A DNA stretch of 35,088 nucleotides from Nemertoderma westbladi (Eukaryota; Animalia; Xenacoelomorpha). The stretch's first letter is position 1; the number at the start of each line of letters is the position of its first letter. Below the pieces are notes generated by a model, which did no database searches, was not told the DNA's origin, and worked only from the letters and a program-made list of their open reading frames with translations. Where the stretch lies: assembly GCA_032718475.1 (NCBI GenBank), contig JAUCBJ010003041.1, forward strand, positions 1 to 35,088, read 5' to 3'. Shown piece by piece: positions 19,652-32,548 of the stretch. The position numbers were made by a program, and so were the translations under genes.

Positions 19652-22600
19652 TTAGGGAATTAGGGAGGTGGTCGTGGGAAGAGTGTCTTGCCTTCCATAG
19701 TTTCCAGAGAGTTCTCTGTCTCTTTCCAGTAAACATAAACGACCAACTGGGCGATTGAGTTGTTGCGTCTCAAAGATTATACCTGGTTTCTTGAAGTTAC
19801 GCCGCATGACGACGAGTTCTACCGAGCGTACTAAACCATCATCCGAGATATGGGTCTCGATGATACGACCTGTCTGCCACCGTTTACGTGGAAGTCTGGA
19901 TCTACAATAAGCACCATATCTCCAGCGCTGACGTTTTCTTGCTGCGCAAACCACTTAGTTCGAAGTTGTAGCGTGGGCAGATAATGTTTCTCGAAATGGT
20001 CAGCGAAACGACGGGATAGCAACTGCATAAGTTGCCAAGTTCGACGGCAGTATTCGTCTCCGTCGGCAATCTCCGATCGTGGGAGCATGGCTACAGGTTT
20101 CTTCAGTAGGAAGTGCGCGGGTGTTAGCGCTTCCAGGGAATCGGGACTCGATGAGACTGGCATAAGCGGTCTCTCGTTGAGATAGGCAGCTATTTCCTCC
20201 ATTAACGTCCGCAAAAGTTCGTCGGTGAGATACGCGCGGCATGGCACTATAAAGTGAAATGCGGTTTTGACACTTCGAATTAATCTCTCCCAACTTCCTC
20301 CCCACCAAGGGGCGTCGGCGGCGTTGAAGGTCCAGCTAGACGCTGTTATCCTTAGCTGGTCGTCCACCTGTCTTTGGTTCCAGTCCTTCACGTAAGCCTG
20401 TATTTCGTTGTTGGCACCAATGAAGTTCGTTCCCTTATCCGATCTCATGGTATTACTCGTCCCAAAACGAGCGATCTGTCGTCGTAAACTTAAGACGAAG
20501 CTGTTGGTAGATAGATCGTTCACCATATCGAGATGGATGGCTCTACAAGTCATGCACACGAAGATGACACACCATCTCTTGACTATAGTCCTAGCACGAT
20601 ATACTTCAATAGGGCCAAATAAATCTACACCAGTATTAGTAAAAGGTGGTTCATAAAAGCTTACTCGTTCCCTAGGTAATTCTGCCTCTCGCTGTGTTAA
20701 AGGCCTACTGAATGCTTTCCTACAGGGTATGCAGTTCCTAAGAACTTGGTTCAGAGCTCTACGTGGTTTATCAAAATAATAGCGAGTTCGAATTTCGCTA
20801 AGAACTCGTTCTCTACCAGCATGATAAAGTTTGCTGTGAACATCTACAATCATCTTGATTTGTACTTCAAGATTTCTAATGAGTATGGGGAATTTAGTAT
20901 CAAAGGATAATGGCGCATTGGTGAGCCTTCCTCCAACACGTATTAACCCATCTATCATTGTGCTCGAGAATCGATCCCTTAAGCGCATCTGCGGGTTTCT
21001 CAACAACAGGAAATACTTTTCGGAATCCTCATAGCATTGCAGGAGTCTCAGTATCTGCTTATTTGTTTCTTCATGCTCCTGGTGACTAATTTTCTCCTTT
21101 AGAAAACGGTCAGATGTCTTATATTTGGGTAAATTTTTAATAACATGAACTTGTGCAGATGTCAATGGAGCGGTGTCACTAGTGGTCTTTGTCCTGGAGT
21201 AGTGATGATGAAAACATCTCCTTAAATATGTGACGGCTTTACAGAGCCGATTCCAGGAACTGTAGTGATGCATTGCTCTCTGCAGCATGGGTGAGATTCC
21301 TTGCGAGACGTCTGGTATTCCAGATTTCCAATCTCTATCTCTAATTTCCACAACAGACTTATTTGTGGCGAGGGATTGTGGATCCGAAGCATCGTTTCCG
21401 GAAGCCTGTAATACAGATAGATCGATAGTCGGTTTAAATAACTTCGATTTACTCGCCCGGGTTTTAGGTTTAACTGTCTCCGCTCCCTTGGCTTGTCTAA
21501 TCTCAGCCGTAGTAAGGTGTGGAGGCCATTCATCCTCTTCCTTGCTCAGGAAGTCGGGTCCACCTAACCAGTCTGGAGTATCTATCAGTTCCTGTGGAGT
21601 TGCTCCCCTGGAGGCGATATCGGCTGGATTAATCGTACCAGGGCAATGTCTCCATTGATCTATCGTTGTGCGACTAAGAATAATAGCTACCCTGTTAGTA
21701 ACAAAAACGCTGAACTGACAGACTTCATTGGTTAGATACTCCAACACGAGTAAAGCGTCGGTCCAATAAACCATTTTCTCCAGTGGATAGTCGATTTGTT
21801 CTGTTACGTTCCGGCCGATGGCTGTAGCGTATAAAGCCGCCTTTAACTCCGCTCGAGGAACCTTTAATTTGTTGTTAATCAATGCCTTAGAGGTAACCAA
21901 GGCGACTTTGATTCCATCCGGAGTTTCGACTCGCAGATATGCTACTATACCTATTCCCATGTCGCTGGCATCTCCAAACACATGGAGTTGATAGGAATAC
22001 GTCGGAAGAACATGTCCAAAATATGCACGGGAAATTATAAAGTTCTCGATGGCAGGTAGAGAATCTTCCCATTTCATCCATTTCTTTAACAGTTCTCCCT
22101 TAAGCGGATTGTCCCATGAGTGGTTTTCAAGCCACATTTGTTGTACTAAACTCCGAGCAATCAATATAACTGGGCTAATAAATCCCAATGGGTCGAAATA
22201 AGTGCTCAGGATACTTAAACAAATCCGTTTGGTCCGAACTGGATTATCTCGCTGTTTTAACTGAAAAAACAGGATATCTCTTTCAGTGTCCCACTTCAAG
22301 CCAAGCGTCTTGGTTTCTGGAAGATCATCCTTTATTAAGTCTAGGTCTTTCGCTCCTCGGTCTTCTACCGGTATCGCTTCCAGAAACTCACGGGAGTTGC
22401 TGGTGAATTTCGTCAGTCGAAATCCACCTCTTTTCAAACACTTTACCGTTCCTTTCGCGACAGCTATGGCTTCTTCTACTGATGGAAGGGACCTTAAATT
22501 GTCGTCCATGTATATATTACGTTTTATGTTGTCTATCACTTCTTTGGAGAAGGAGTCTCGGTTGTCATTCGCAGTGGTTCGCACCACGGAGCAGGCGTTG

Positions 22601-24089
22601 GAAGGGCTTGATATGATTCCAAAAGCCTGGATGGTCATCCAATACTCTACCAGTTTCTGATTGAGGTCTCCTTCAGGCCACCACAGAAATCTCAGAATGT
22701 CTCTATCTCTGTCTAGCGCCTTGACCTGTAAGAACATTCCCTCTATATCTGAGGCGAACGCGATAGAATATTGTCTTAATCTTAAAAGTATTCCCAACAA
22801 AGATTGGAGCAAGTTGGGTCCTGGTAACAACTCGGAATTGAGGGATTGGCCCATATATAGGGCGGAGCCATCGAATACGACTCGTACTTCGTGTGGTTTA
22901 CCGGGTTTGGGAACGTAATGATGTGTTAAGTAATACGTTCTCTCAGTCACTGGTGTTCCTTCCGGTACTCGCTCCGCGTATCCCTTTGTTATAAATTTCT
23001 TCAGCTGAGTTTGGTACATTTCTTTCGCTGAAGCATTAGCTGTAAGTCGTCGATGTAATTGAGCGATTCTTTTCTCTGCCAAAGGTCTGTTATTTATAAA
23101 TCTAGGTTCTCGTTTTCGAAATGGTAGGCCGATTTCATACCTACCTTGGTCCTTTAAAAAACGTGTAGTTGTTTCCTGGATTTGCTTGGCTCTTTCTTCT
23201 TCTATCGATAGAGCCTTATCGTATGAATTGGGCTCTACCAGTTCTTGCGTAAAGAATCGTACAGCTAGTTCGTCCCGAGTTCTAGCGTTGTAACGCTCTA
23301 TCTCATCGTTTAGTTCGTCATTGTAAGCGATGGGTTCCGATGGGCGAATCAGTTGACATAGGTTCACCTGATTTTTCCAAGTTTGGTTTTCTGTAAGTAG
23401 GTCAATTGTGTTCTCTTCATCGAAGAGTTGGTAGATGTCGTCATTATCTGAGGAGTATGGTGTTCCCTCAGTTAGTTCGTCCACCTCACTGCTCTCCACT
23501 TCCCAATCATTTACTTGGTATATTTGTTGTTGTGGCATTCTCTCTTCGAGAGTCCTGCGGGAAGGGCCAGTAAAGTACCAACCTACTCTAGTTCTTACCG
23601 CATAGGTTTGCAGTGGCTGTGGTTGAGCAGGCCGTTTCTCCAATGTCTCGAGCGCCTCGTGCGCGTTTTGGCCGATAGTATTTGCACTCCAGGATAATCT
23701 GTCTGGAATCGAGGTATCTTAAGATGTTGGATGCTCTCATCCTCGTCCCAATTATAAAGGTCTGCTTGAGTAGTGGCGAAGTTCTTTATAGCCACCATTT
23801 TTACTGACCTTATACCTTGTGTTCCTAACTTATCCTGGGGGGTGGACAACACACCTACATAGTAATCTGCCGTTAGGGTAGATTTCCAAACCTGCATAAT
23901 TCCTGACATATTCAATTTAGTCCGGAATTTGGGTTGTCCAGCAAAGATATCTTCGGCTAATTCTTGATCGATGAATGTTCCTGTGCTGCCGGAGTCAAGG
24001 AGGGCGTTCACTATGTAACTTTTGTTAAGACCGTGAACTCTTACCTGCACTACAGGAAATTCTCTGATTCCTACGTTGGAGCTTTCCAA
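19652..24089 (-). pseudogene. pol: BEL/Pao pol (protease, RT, RNase H, integrase, C-terminal domain) with frameshifts near 23650 and 19895
   Basis: ALLDSGS; RVVFDGS, SLNSELLPGP, DIEGMFLQV, YMDD; VFGDAS, PRAEL, WTDA, NPADIASRG; HxxxxH..CxxC, GVDLFGP, RSDKGTNF, GGSWERLI; WQTGRII...DGLVRSVEL...RPVGRLCLL. Confidence 0.95.
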
Positions 24090-27000
24090 GATGGTTGTTT
24101 GGCAAAAGTAGTTGGGGGAAACTCATTGTTGGTGTCCTTTTCATAAGTAAGTGCTCGATACACTGCGGTATTGATTAGATAACAGGATTCGTTGGCGTCG
24201 GAGAATTCGTCAGTATAGAATCCTTCCATCTCAGATTCTTGATCAGTGTCGTTTACATCACTGAATTGGACATGTAGTTCGGGCTCACTTACCTGACTCT
24301 GTTTGTCTTGTTCGAACTCACTGTGTAACAAGATGTGATGTTTCGCGCCACACTTTGCACACTTTATGTCGGAGTAACAGGTTCGCCGTTGGTGTCCTGG
24401 TCTGAGGCAATTATAGCATAACCGCTTGTCCCACACGACTGCACGTCTGTCTACAAGGGATTTCATTAGAAATTCAGCACACGCACTCAAACGGTGGGTC
24501 CCGTCGCACAGCGCACAGTTAGGTTTTATGTTACTCACTTTACCTTGGGTAACTTGATGCACTCTCGTTTTTTCTTCGGGTTTTCTTCGGTGCATTCTGT
24601 TAGGAGACTGAGGAGGGGTCTTGGCAACCTGTTCTCTCCTATTGTGGTTTCGAGCCTTGTATTTACTTAAGTCTTTTGAGGTTTTGTCAACATAGTAAGA
24701 TCGCTCTGTGTCTTTCCCGCTGTCCTCTCCTTGAGAAGCTTGGCTTTCGCCGTCGTCAGTGTAACACACCGGTGTTACTCTTCTCCTAGAAGCGGGTTTC
24801 TCACTTACCTTATTTTCCGATGTTTTCTCTCTGGACTGCTTGATGAGTTGTAGTTTTACTTCACCATCTAAGAAGGACATGAGATCAGTCATGGTAGGAC
24901 TTCGTCGTTGTTGTTCATTCATGTACAACACTTTCTTGTCCCAGCGTGTACATACTCCACCCTTTGGTAAAGTAGAGACTACGGCTCCAATAACCATGGA
25001 ACTCTGATATTCATGAGACTTACCTAACCAGTCTAATTGTCTACAGATCTCTTGAATCTCATCGGAAAACTCTATAATCCCGCTACTAAGGAAGTGTCGG
25101 GGGGCTACTAATTTTGCATACAAATACTTAGCTATGTTATCCTTGTTACCATACCTGACGTTTAATGTATCCCATACTTGTCTTAATCCTTCTGGATGTC
25201 CAAAAAACTTTAACGCCATTAACCTGGGAGGTCCTTCCAAGCACTTGATGAGGAACCTAAGTTTCTCTCCGTTAGATAGTACAGAGTTTTGTATGCTATC
25301 TTTGTAATATTCGTTGAAAGGTAACCATTTCATCTCATCTCCATTGAATTTGACGATCTCTCCCACTTTGACCGCTTGGCGGGCTTCTGTTCTAGCCATC
25401 TGACGCGTAAAGCTTTCTTGGGCCATTGTGTTATTTAATATCGAATTATCGGTATATAAATTTCCTGGATTATTATCAGGTCTATAGGGAATATTATTAA
25501 CAACAGGTTTATAATCACCCTTAATAGGGTTTGCTATAGGAGTTTCTACTTCACTAGCAGTATAGATGCGTGTAGGCTCCACACCTTGCGCATGTAATAC
25601 TTCAGACCTAACAGGTTGACACAATGTTACAGGGGGTATTGGTATGCCCTTTTGGATATTGACTAATTTGTCGCATTCTAGGGCGATACTTTGCTGCACT
25701 TCTTGCAACTCTGCTCTACCTTCCCTTACTGTTCCCTTAAGTTGGTGGACAGTCTCCTGCATCTGTCCGAACAGGAGATTCATCCCCCGCCGTCCCTCCT
25801 CTACCCACTCGACCGCCGAAGCGGGAGTCGCCAACATTGTAGCGGGCTGACGTGGGACGACGGGAGACAAATCTTTGATTTCTCTCTCAGCTATCAGGAC
25901 AGGGATATTCTCATGGACTGTTCTACCGGGTACAGGCAGTGTAGTGCTATGTAAAGGGAATTTAGAGTTAAGCTCTGGAAGTACAGGGGTCTCTAACACA
26001 GGGGTGACTTTGGGAACGACAGGCCTAATTATTTCAGGCTCATCAACTATAGTAGGGAGTCTTTTGACCTTAATAATTTGGGCTGTAGGTTCTATACTAC
26101 TCAAGTCTGTGCTAGCTAGCTGTCTTCTAACAGCTGGGGGCAAATCAGGCAATTTGTGACGGTAAGATGTTTTTCTACGCCTGCTTAGATGAGATCTATT
26201 TCCTCCGCCTTCAGGATCGGTGGTCTCGCCTTCCTCCGAGGATGTGTATCCCTGGCGCTTGGGAGTAGATTTTCTCATCATCTGCATTTGACTAGCAGTT
26301 AACTGTTTATTTATGTTGTCTTGCGTCTCTTGCAGATTTTCCAACTCCAGTTGGATAGTCTCCTCAGACGCTCTCCGTTCTGCTTCTGCCACTGCTGCTT
26401 TTCTTTCTGCTTCTGCTTCTGCCGCCGCTGCCTTTCTTTCTGCTTCGGCTTCTGCCGCCGCTGCCTTTCTTTCTGCTTCTGCTTCTGCCGCCGCTGCCTT
26501 TGCTGCTTTTCTTTCTGCTTCTGCTTCTGCCGCCGCTACTGCTGCTGCTTTTCTTTCCTCTATGCGTTTTTTCTTTACTTGTTCTTCTCGGACTCTAGCG
26601 AGGCGGAGTTTTTCATCAAATTCAGCTTGGTTTGCAGCTAACATTTCCGCATCGATTGAGTCCAACACAAGCTTGGTTCCTTCACTATTAGGGGAAAGTC
26701 CAGACAGCCGTCTCCTCAACTCTTCGTCTCCTAGGAATCGTTGATAGTCGGACAGATAAATGTCGATAGCGTCTCTAGTTCGCGGTCTCTCTGCTGTCAC
26801 TTCGCTTTCCGCTTGAGAAAGGGTGGCATCGGTTGGTTCTTCATAGGTTGATCTCTCAGCCAGCTGGGATTTCCACTGGGCCGTTTCCTGAACTTTGAGA
26901 CCTACCCGCTGGAACCAAGTCTTGACAGCAACTTGCAGCGACGTGTCCTGTCTTCTTTTAGAAGTTTCCTCAAAGGCTGATAGGATTAGTCGAATGTGTA

Positions 27001-27721
27001 GGGTTCTTTCGCGTACTTGATAAAGCAGCTCTTCCTGCTCTTGAGGTCCTTGGGGTTGTCGAAACAGTTGTTCTTCTAATCGCTCTAAGGAGCCGAAGAA
27101 TCACTGCACATATCCTGCTGCCGACCTCTTCCAAACAGCTGGATCCATCGTATCTTTAGTCACTCCCATCCTATGTATGTCATCCCAAGTAGCTTCGGAC
27201 AAATCTAACGGGAGTCCGGGTCCGGGAAAGTTCCATTGTGACTCGACAATAGACATAAATTCTTCCCTGGCGTATCCCGCATAACTATCTTGGGTCGCTC
27301 GCTTACTTCTCGCCCGATCGACTTGGTGTTCCTCCACCGCAATGAATATAGTAGTTAGCACTGCAGCAGGAAGGGTGAGAAGGGGGTCCGAGTAGGCTGT
27401 AGCCGCCATCTGCACTCCGCGTTAGGGGGTCAGTTCTACAGTATCCGAACTACTGGAGCTATCGGGTCGCTGGGAACTAGGTTCTTGACCAAGATGTTGC
27501 TGCGATAGGACAGCTGCCTCTTGGTTCCGTTTGACCTGGGCCCGAGTGCCTATGATGGACCTATGGTGGATTAGCCTAGGGTCTGATACTACTGGAGGGA
27601 TGACCTTTCTTGCAGTAGGAGGTGAACTGAACTCCTTTCTTAATCGCTCCACACTCCTATCTGTGTCACAGATGGTTGTATCGATTAGACTGTCTGACAG
27701 GTTTTGCTGAGTGTCAGACAT
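24071..27721 (-). pseudogene. gag: BEL/Pao gag with very long N-terminal extension; two in-frame stops
   Basis: ORFs 27422..27721, 27101..27415 and 24071..26800 share one frame, and I translated 27100..26801 without a stop. The capsid region is KFNGDEMKWLPF...EKLRFL...RYG, followed by three Zn knuckles: CALCDGTHRLSAC, CYNCLRPGHQRRTC, CAKCGAKHHILLH. Confidence 0.9.
26378..26557 (-). repeat. Coding minisatellite (30-bp unit, AEAEAERKAA) in gag
   Basis: 4-5 frame-preserving copies. Confidence 0.9.
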
Positions 27722-27825
27722 GTTTAGCTATACAGTTGAATGTCTACTGCTATATTTTCAGTTAAAGCAAGTCTAGTAATTCAGTATAACCGTTGGCCTA
27801 GTACCGTTAATTTATTACAGTATAT

Positions 27826-28074
27826 TAGAATACCGGTATACACTTATAGTATATATAAGTATTGTAAACTAGGTTTGTCACAGAGTACCGGTATATAATT
27901 TTAGCACAAATATATATAAATATATAATAGGCCTATCGTGAATACCGGTATACAGCTTGCACTTATAGTATATATAAGTATAATTATGAACTAGAATTAA
28001 TCACAGAATACCGGTATGATTTCAGCTCAAATTTATAGAAATAAATATAATAAGCCTATGGTAAATACCGGTAT
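27826..28074 (+). repeat. Diverged ~120-bp tandem duplication in the BEL leader
   Basis: ataccggtataca...cacttatagtatatataagtat...cacaga.taccggtat occurs twice. Confidence 0.75.
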
Positions 28075-29044
28075 GTCAATTATTTTAGAATAATTGAATT
28101 TCTGAATATTTTAGGGTTACTTGGTTACTTTAACTTACTTTGTTACCGTTATTTAAGCAGTAGTCCATCTGATTTTGAGACCTAGTTGTTGTATGGCAGG
28201 CCTACTATTTATAAATCGTTTGAGTTGATTTATAATATTTATATACCTGTTTAAAATGGGTTTTGTCAATACTTGAAATAAATGTTATTATTTCTGGGGA
28301 AAGTCACTACACAGAAGCTGTGCGCTCTCAGTGAAGTGCTATTTATTTGACACTAAAAACTGATAATTCTAATTTACCTAAGTTACTTAATACTACAAAT
28401 TACTTACGATATGGGTGAGATTAATTCTCTAATTAAAACACAACAAAAATATTACGTACGAAATTTTTAGGGTAATTTTACAGGAAGTCTACAAACCAGC
28501 CTAACAAAGGGTTAGAATTCTGGTTATTACAACTGACAGGGTACTACGGTATTTAAAATAATAAGTAGTAGTAAATACACTGCGTTGTCCAGATAGGAAA
28601 ATACCACCGCCTGACGACCTATAGCCGTATCGCTATAGGTACTACGTTATGTATCACGGAGTGTTCCTACCTAGAAGTTAATAGAGCTAACGAACGTGCC
28701 TATCAACCACTTTACAACACAAATATACTGCCTACACACTAATTACTTTCGGAAAGCACTGTACACTAAACCCTAAATTAGGTACAAGTACTGGTACAAC
28801 AAATAATCAGTAGTTAAATATACTTGAACAGTTAAAAGAACCACGGCATCTGCTGGAGTGACCGGAGCACAAAGTCACCAGTCTTGTCCTACGCCAGGCA
28901 GCCCGTGTAGTACCGGGGTTAATTTAACTATAATGGTATGTATAACAAGCACAATTACTGTAGGAATAAACTTGGGGACATGAATGTTGCGAATAATCGC
29001 ATAAACTCTGAATAATAAATATTACGCTACCCGTACAGAATACT

Positions 29045-29587
29045 CAAACAAATACAAACCAAAACGCTGGCAGACTACCACCAAGCCTAAATAAACTACC
29101 GTACGTGTAGATTCTGAAATGGTTAGTTAGTATGCGTTCTAACACGGTAGTACGACTTATTCTTTAAGAGGGGATTGACCTTACAGCTATGGCTGCCCCA
29201 ACTTACTAACGGCACTTTATCAGACAAACTCTACACACGCAGCAATCTCTTCAGTCCTAATAATAGCTAGACAACAATCCAGCCTACAAAATATCTGAGT
29301 AATAACTATTACGGTACCTGAACAGACCACACAAACAAACACAGGCTAAAACGCTGGCAGACTACGATCAAGCCTAAATAAACCACAGTATATGCAGATT
29401 CTGAAATAGTTAGTTAGTATGCGTTCTAACACGGTAGTACGACTTATTCTTTAAGAGGGGATTGACCTTACAGCTATGGCTGCCCCAACTTACTAACGGC
29501 ACTTTATCAGACAAACTCTACACACGCCGTAATCTCTCCAAACCCAACAACAGTCAGACAGCAGCTCAGCCTACAATTATCTGAACA
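29045..29587 (+). repeat. 287-bp tandem duplication in the BEL leader
   Basis: aaaacgctggcagactac at 29061 and 29348; ~120-bp identical core with diverged flanks. Confidence 0.9.
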
Positions 29588-29754
29588 ATCTGAGCAGACT
29601 TACACGTCTTCAGCTCAATATTAACTTACTAGGAAATAAAACCGACAGAAATAAGTAAAATCTCAATAAAAACCAGGGCTGCAGTCCCTGATTAAATACT
29701 AAGACCTACCGGTATACAATAATCAAATCGAATAATACTAATGTACTTATACTG

Positions 29755-29881
29755 GAAGTACCGGTTAGGACAGTTGGGCCTACGGACCTACAGAAGTACC
29801 GGTTCTGGCAGTTGGACCTACGGACCTACAGCAGTACCAGTTCTGGCAGTTGGGCCTACTGACCTACAGAAGTACCGGTTC
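29755..29881 (+). repeat. 38-bp tandem repeat, ~3.3 copies
   Basis: gaagtaccggttctggcagttgggcctacggacctaca consensus. Confidence 0.9.
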
Positions 29882-30452
29882 AGGTTTACCGGTTGACCGG
29901 TACTTTCAACTTTATTGTTTACTGTAAATAAAGTCAATAACTGTTATTGTACGCGCTTTTGGAAGACCTTTAGCAGTTTAACCTGCCAAAATTTATATGT
30001 CTTTTGGTTTATAAATATACTTTAGAAGATGACAAATATTTAATACCAATAAACACAACATTAGCAGAAGCCAGCCTAGTGCGCGTCCATTCACCCGCTG
30101 GATATTCCCGGGAGACTGGATTCTGAGGGCTTAGATTATTATTGCAGTGAAACCTACTGTATTATTCGATTGATCGTTAATAAATAATTTCTGACTAATA
30201 TTATTTACTTTCGGGAAATATTAACAGTTCCTTTAGGACGTGGCGCTCTATCTAAGTAAACAGAGATATGACTTACACTAATCACAACGGTAAGTCGGTA
30301 AGGCTTATGATTCACGTATGAGGCGCATTCTTTAGGAAATGCTTAGTTATCAGTCACAATCATGCACACTACCGGTAACACACAATACTGCTCACTAATT
30401 TGCCGACCGTCAATGAATTTTATCATATATAGAGAGAACAGCAACGGACCAA

Positions 30453-31065
30453 TGTAGTGCTTATCAAATAGCATTAAATTCACTACAAACCACAACAATA
30501 TAAGTCGCAATCGCTATATATAACCCGTCTCTCTAACCTGTAGTGTATCAAGAAAATTGGGAAATTTGGGTTCTTTATATATGTTCTCCAAATAATATTC
30601 AACCAAAACACAACAGTAAACAGCATTAAGACGGTAGGTTAAGATATGATATGTTAAGAACTGATTGCACTGAACTGAACTGAACTGATAACAGTTATAC
30701 GCTCTTATAATCTTAAGCCTACTAATGTTTCTTCTAAAGTCTGAAACGAATTGACTCTAGAGCCGGTGTTCCTGGCCTAGATAGAAACAACACAACAGTA
30801 TCACAAAAAAAAACAGTAAGACTGAACGCTCTAGCATGATCTGCCCAAAAGCTCCACATCTACAGAAAAAATCGCTCTGATTGGTCAACCGAACCACGAG
30901 AGAACAAAGAAACAAAGAAATGTCGACGTGGCAATATCAGCTGTTAGCCGTCGTCATGGTAGCGACACTGTTTTCAAGAGTATCTAGCTTATCGCGTCAC
31001 GAGATTGCGGATTATGTCCTCTAAAGTACAAATCTAGAAGAATGACTTTTATGTCCGTTAAAACA
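30453..31065 (-). mobile_element. Candidate 5' LTR of the BEL/Pao element
   Basis: The minus strand starts TGTTTTAAC at 31065, where homology with 1..416 ends. A possible end ...CTACA at 30453 is followed by T-TGGTCC (PBS-like, tRNA not assigned). The inner boundary is uncertain. Confidence 0.5.
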
Positions 31066-31919
31066 CCTATAACGGTACCTTGCGGGCGAGGGGAATATAT
31101 ATATAGTTAGAGAGCCTTTTAGAGTATTCCAGCGCCTGGGGGGAAACTGGATTGCAAAGCAAAGGGGCCAGTTATATCCCACAGAAGCTTTTACAGTGGC
31201 ATAGTGGAATAAGAGTAACATCAGTACAGTATGTGAGTTAAATGAATGTGTGAAGTACCGGTACATGGTTTAGATAGAAAAGTCGAAGTAGCAATAGGAA
31301 CCAGCGGCCAAACCAAGGAGGTATAAGTGGTTGTGCAATCTATCAGTTTTTACTTTCCTTTTCTATTACCAATTTCCAGTTTTTACTTTCCTTTTCTATT
31401 AGGCCTACCGGACTTTACTTGCCGTTTTTTCTTACTGATTTTCTTCCCATTTCATTATTATTAGTTTTTACATTCTTATTTTATCACCAGTTTTTATATG
31501 CCTTTTTTTACCTGGGTTTTACAATTCATTTTTTCTTTATTACCTATAAAAGTTTTTACTTTCCTTTTTAATTACCATGATTTATTTGCCTTTTTCTTAC
31601 TGTTTTTTACTACTGTTTCTTTTTCTTCAATACCAGTTTTTAATTGCCTTTTTTTATTCGTATTGTTTTTTCAACCCTTTTTTTTTAATAATGCCTGGAC
31701 TATCGCTAAGCAGCTTAAGTGCTGCTCCGATTCGCCTCAGATTATAAAAACATTATTTAATCTCTTGATTGATATAATTATATATATTTATTTTGTAGGT
31801 ACTGCAGTAGCAGAACCAGTACTGTGGCATTCCACATTTAGTGGCAGTAGTGTTGTGAAACCGGGATGAGAGTATCTGAAATACAGTAGGAGGTAGCTGT
31901 GAGACACGGCCAACTGTTA

Positions 31920-32020
31920 GTATTACTATTGTAGTATTAATTAGTATAGTACTATTGCAGCTGTAGTATTACTATTGTAGTATTAATTAGTATAGTACTA
32001 TTGCAGCTGTAGTATTACTA
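31920..32020 (+). repeat. 46-bp tandem duplication
   Basis: tattactattgtagtattaattagtatagtactattgcagctgtag twice. Confidence 0.9.
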
Positions 32021-32236
32021 CAGCTAGCGTTACTTGCAATTTAACTATAATATATATTAGTATTAGTATATAGTACTATAGCTATAATACTGTAGCTATG
32101 TTAAATCATGGAAACCGGGTCTTTAAATTAGATAAATTAATTATTAGATTAGATTAATTAGATTAATTTAAAGTACCGGTACCACCAGACCACGGTGAGC
32201 GGTCTCCTGGTCTGGGTGGTTGGGTGCCTTCCAGTG

Positions 32237-32284
32237 CACAATTCCACTGCTTCCAAACCACAATTCCACTGCTTCCAAACCACA
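32237..32284 (+). repeat. 22-bp tandem duplication
   Basis: cacaattccactgcttccaaac twice. Confidence 0.9.
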
Positions 32285-32384
32285 GAACCAATACTGGTGG
32301 CCTAACAGCCTAATTATTGGCCTACCATGTACTGAACTGATATAGCATAGAAGTGACAGGCTCTATCACATATGGGGACTCTTG

Positions 32385-32548
32385 CAATCAGCTCAACAAA
32401 CACAAGCCTACAGGCTGACAGGCACTATACTGCAACTGCTATTGCTACAGGTAGGCTATACTGCTACAATCAGCTCAACAAACACAAGCCTACAGGCTGA
32501 CAGGCACTATACTGCAACTGCTATTGCTACAGGTAGGCTATACTGCTA
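32385..32548 (+). repeat. 82-bp perfect tandem duplication
   Basis: caatcagctcaacaaac...ctatactgcta at 32385 and 32467. Confidence 0.95.

Larger units (their letters stand above)
18300..31065 (-). mobile_element. BEL/Pao LTR retrotransposon, 3' LTR not found (left boundary uncertain)
   Basis: Gag-PR-RT-RH-IN order with BEL/Pao signatures, upstream leader and candidate LTR starting TG at 31065. Confidence 0.85.

Noticed and set aside
19637-19666. TTAGGG-like motifs at the pol stop
   Set aside because: Only 3-4 units with 7-8-bp period; not a telomeric array.
23595-24089. Programmed gag/pol frameshift
   Set aside because: BEL/Pao elements normally have one ORF, no clear slippery heptamer is present at the shift, and other frameshifts and stops show decay.
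26313-26744. Plus-strand Ala/Ser-rich and Cys/Phe-rich ORFs, and other plus-strand ORFs over gag-pol, RT and transposase
   Set aside because: Antisense shadows of real minus-strand coding sequence or of the coding minisatellite.
1-31065. One giant LTR element bounded by the two LTR-like repeats
   Set aside because: There is no polypurine tract next to position 416, and LTR divergence is uneven and too high relative to the nearly intact gag-pol.
31498-31869. 123-aa Phe-rich ORF resembling a membrane protein
   Set aside because: Product of T-rich low-complexity DNA with no recognisable motif.
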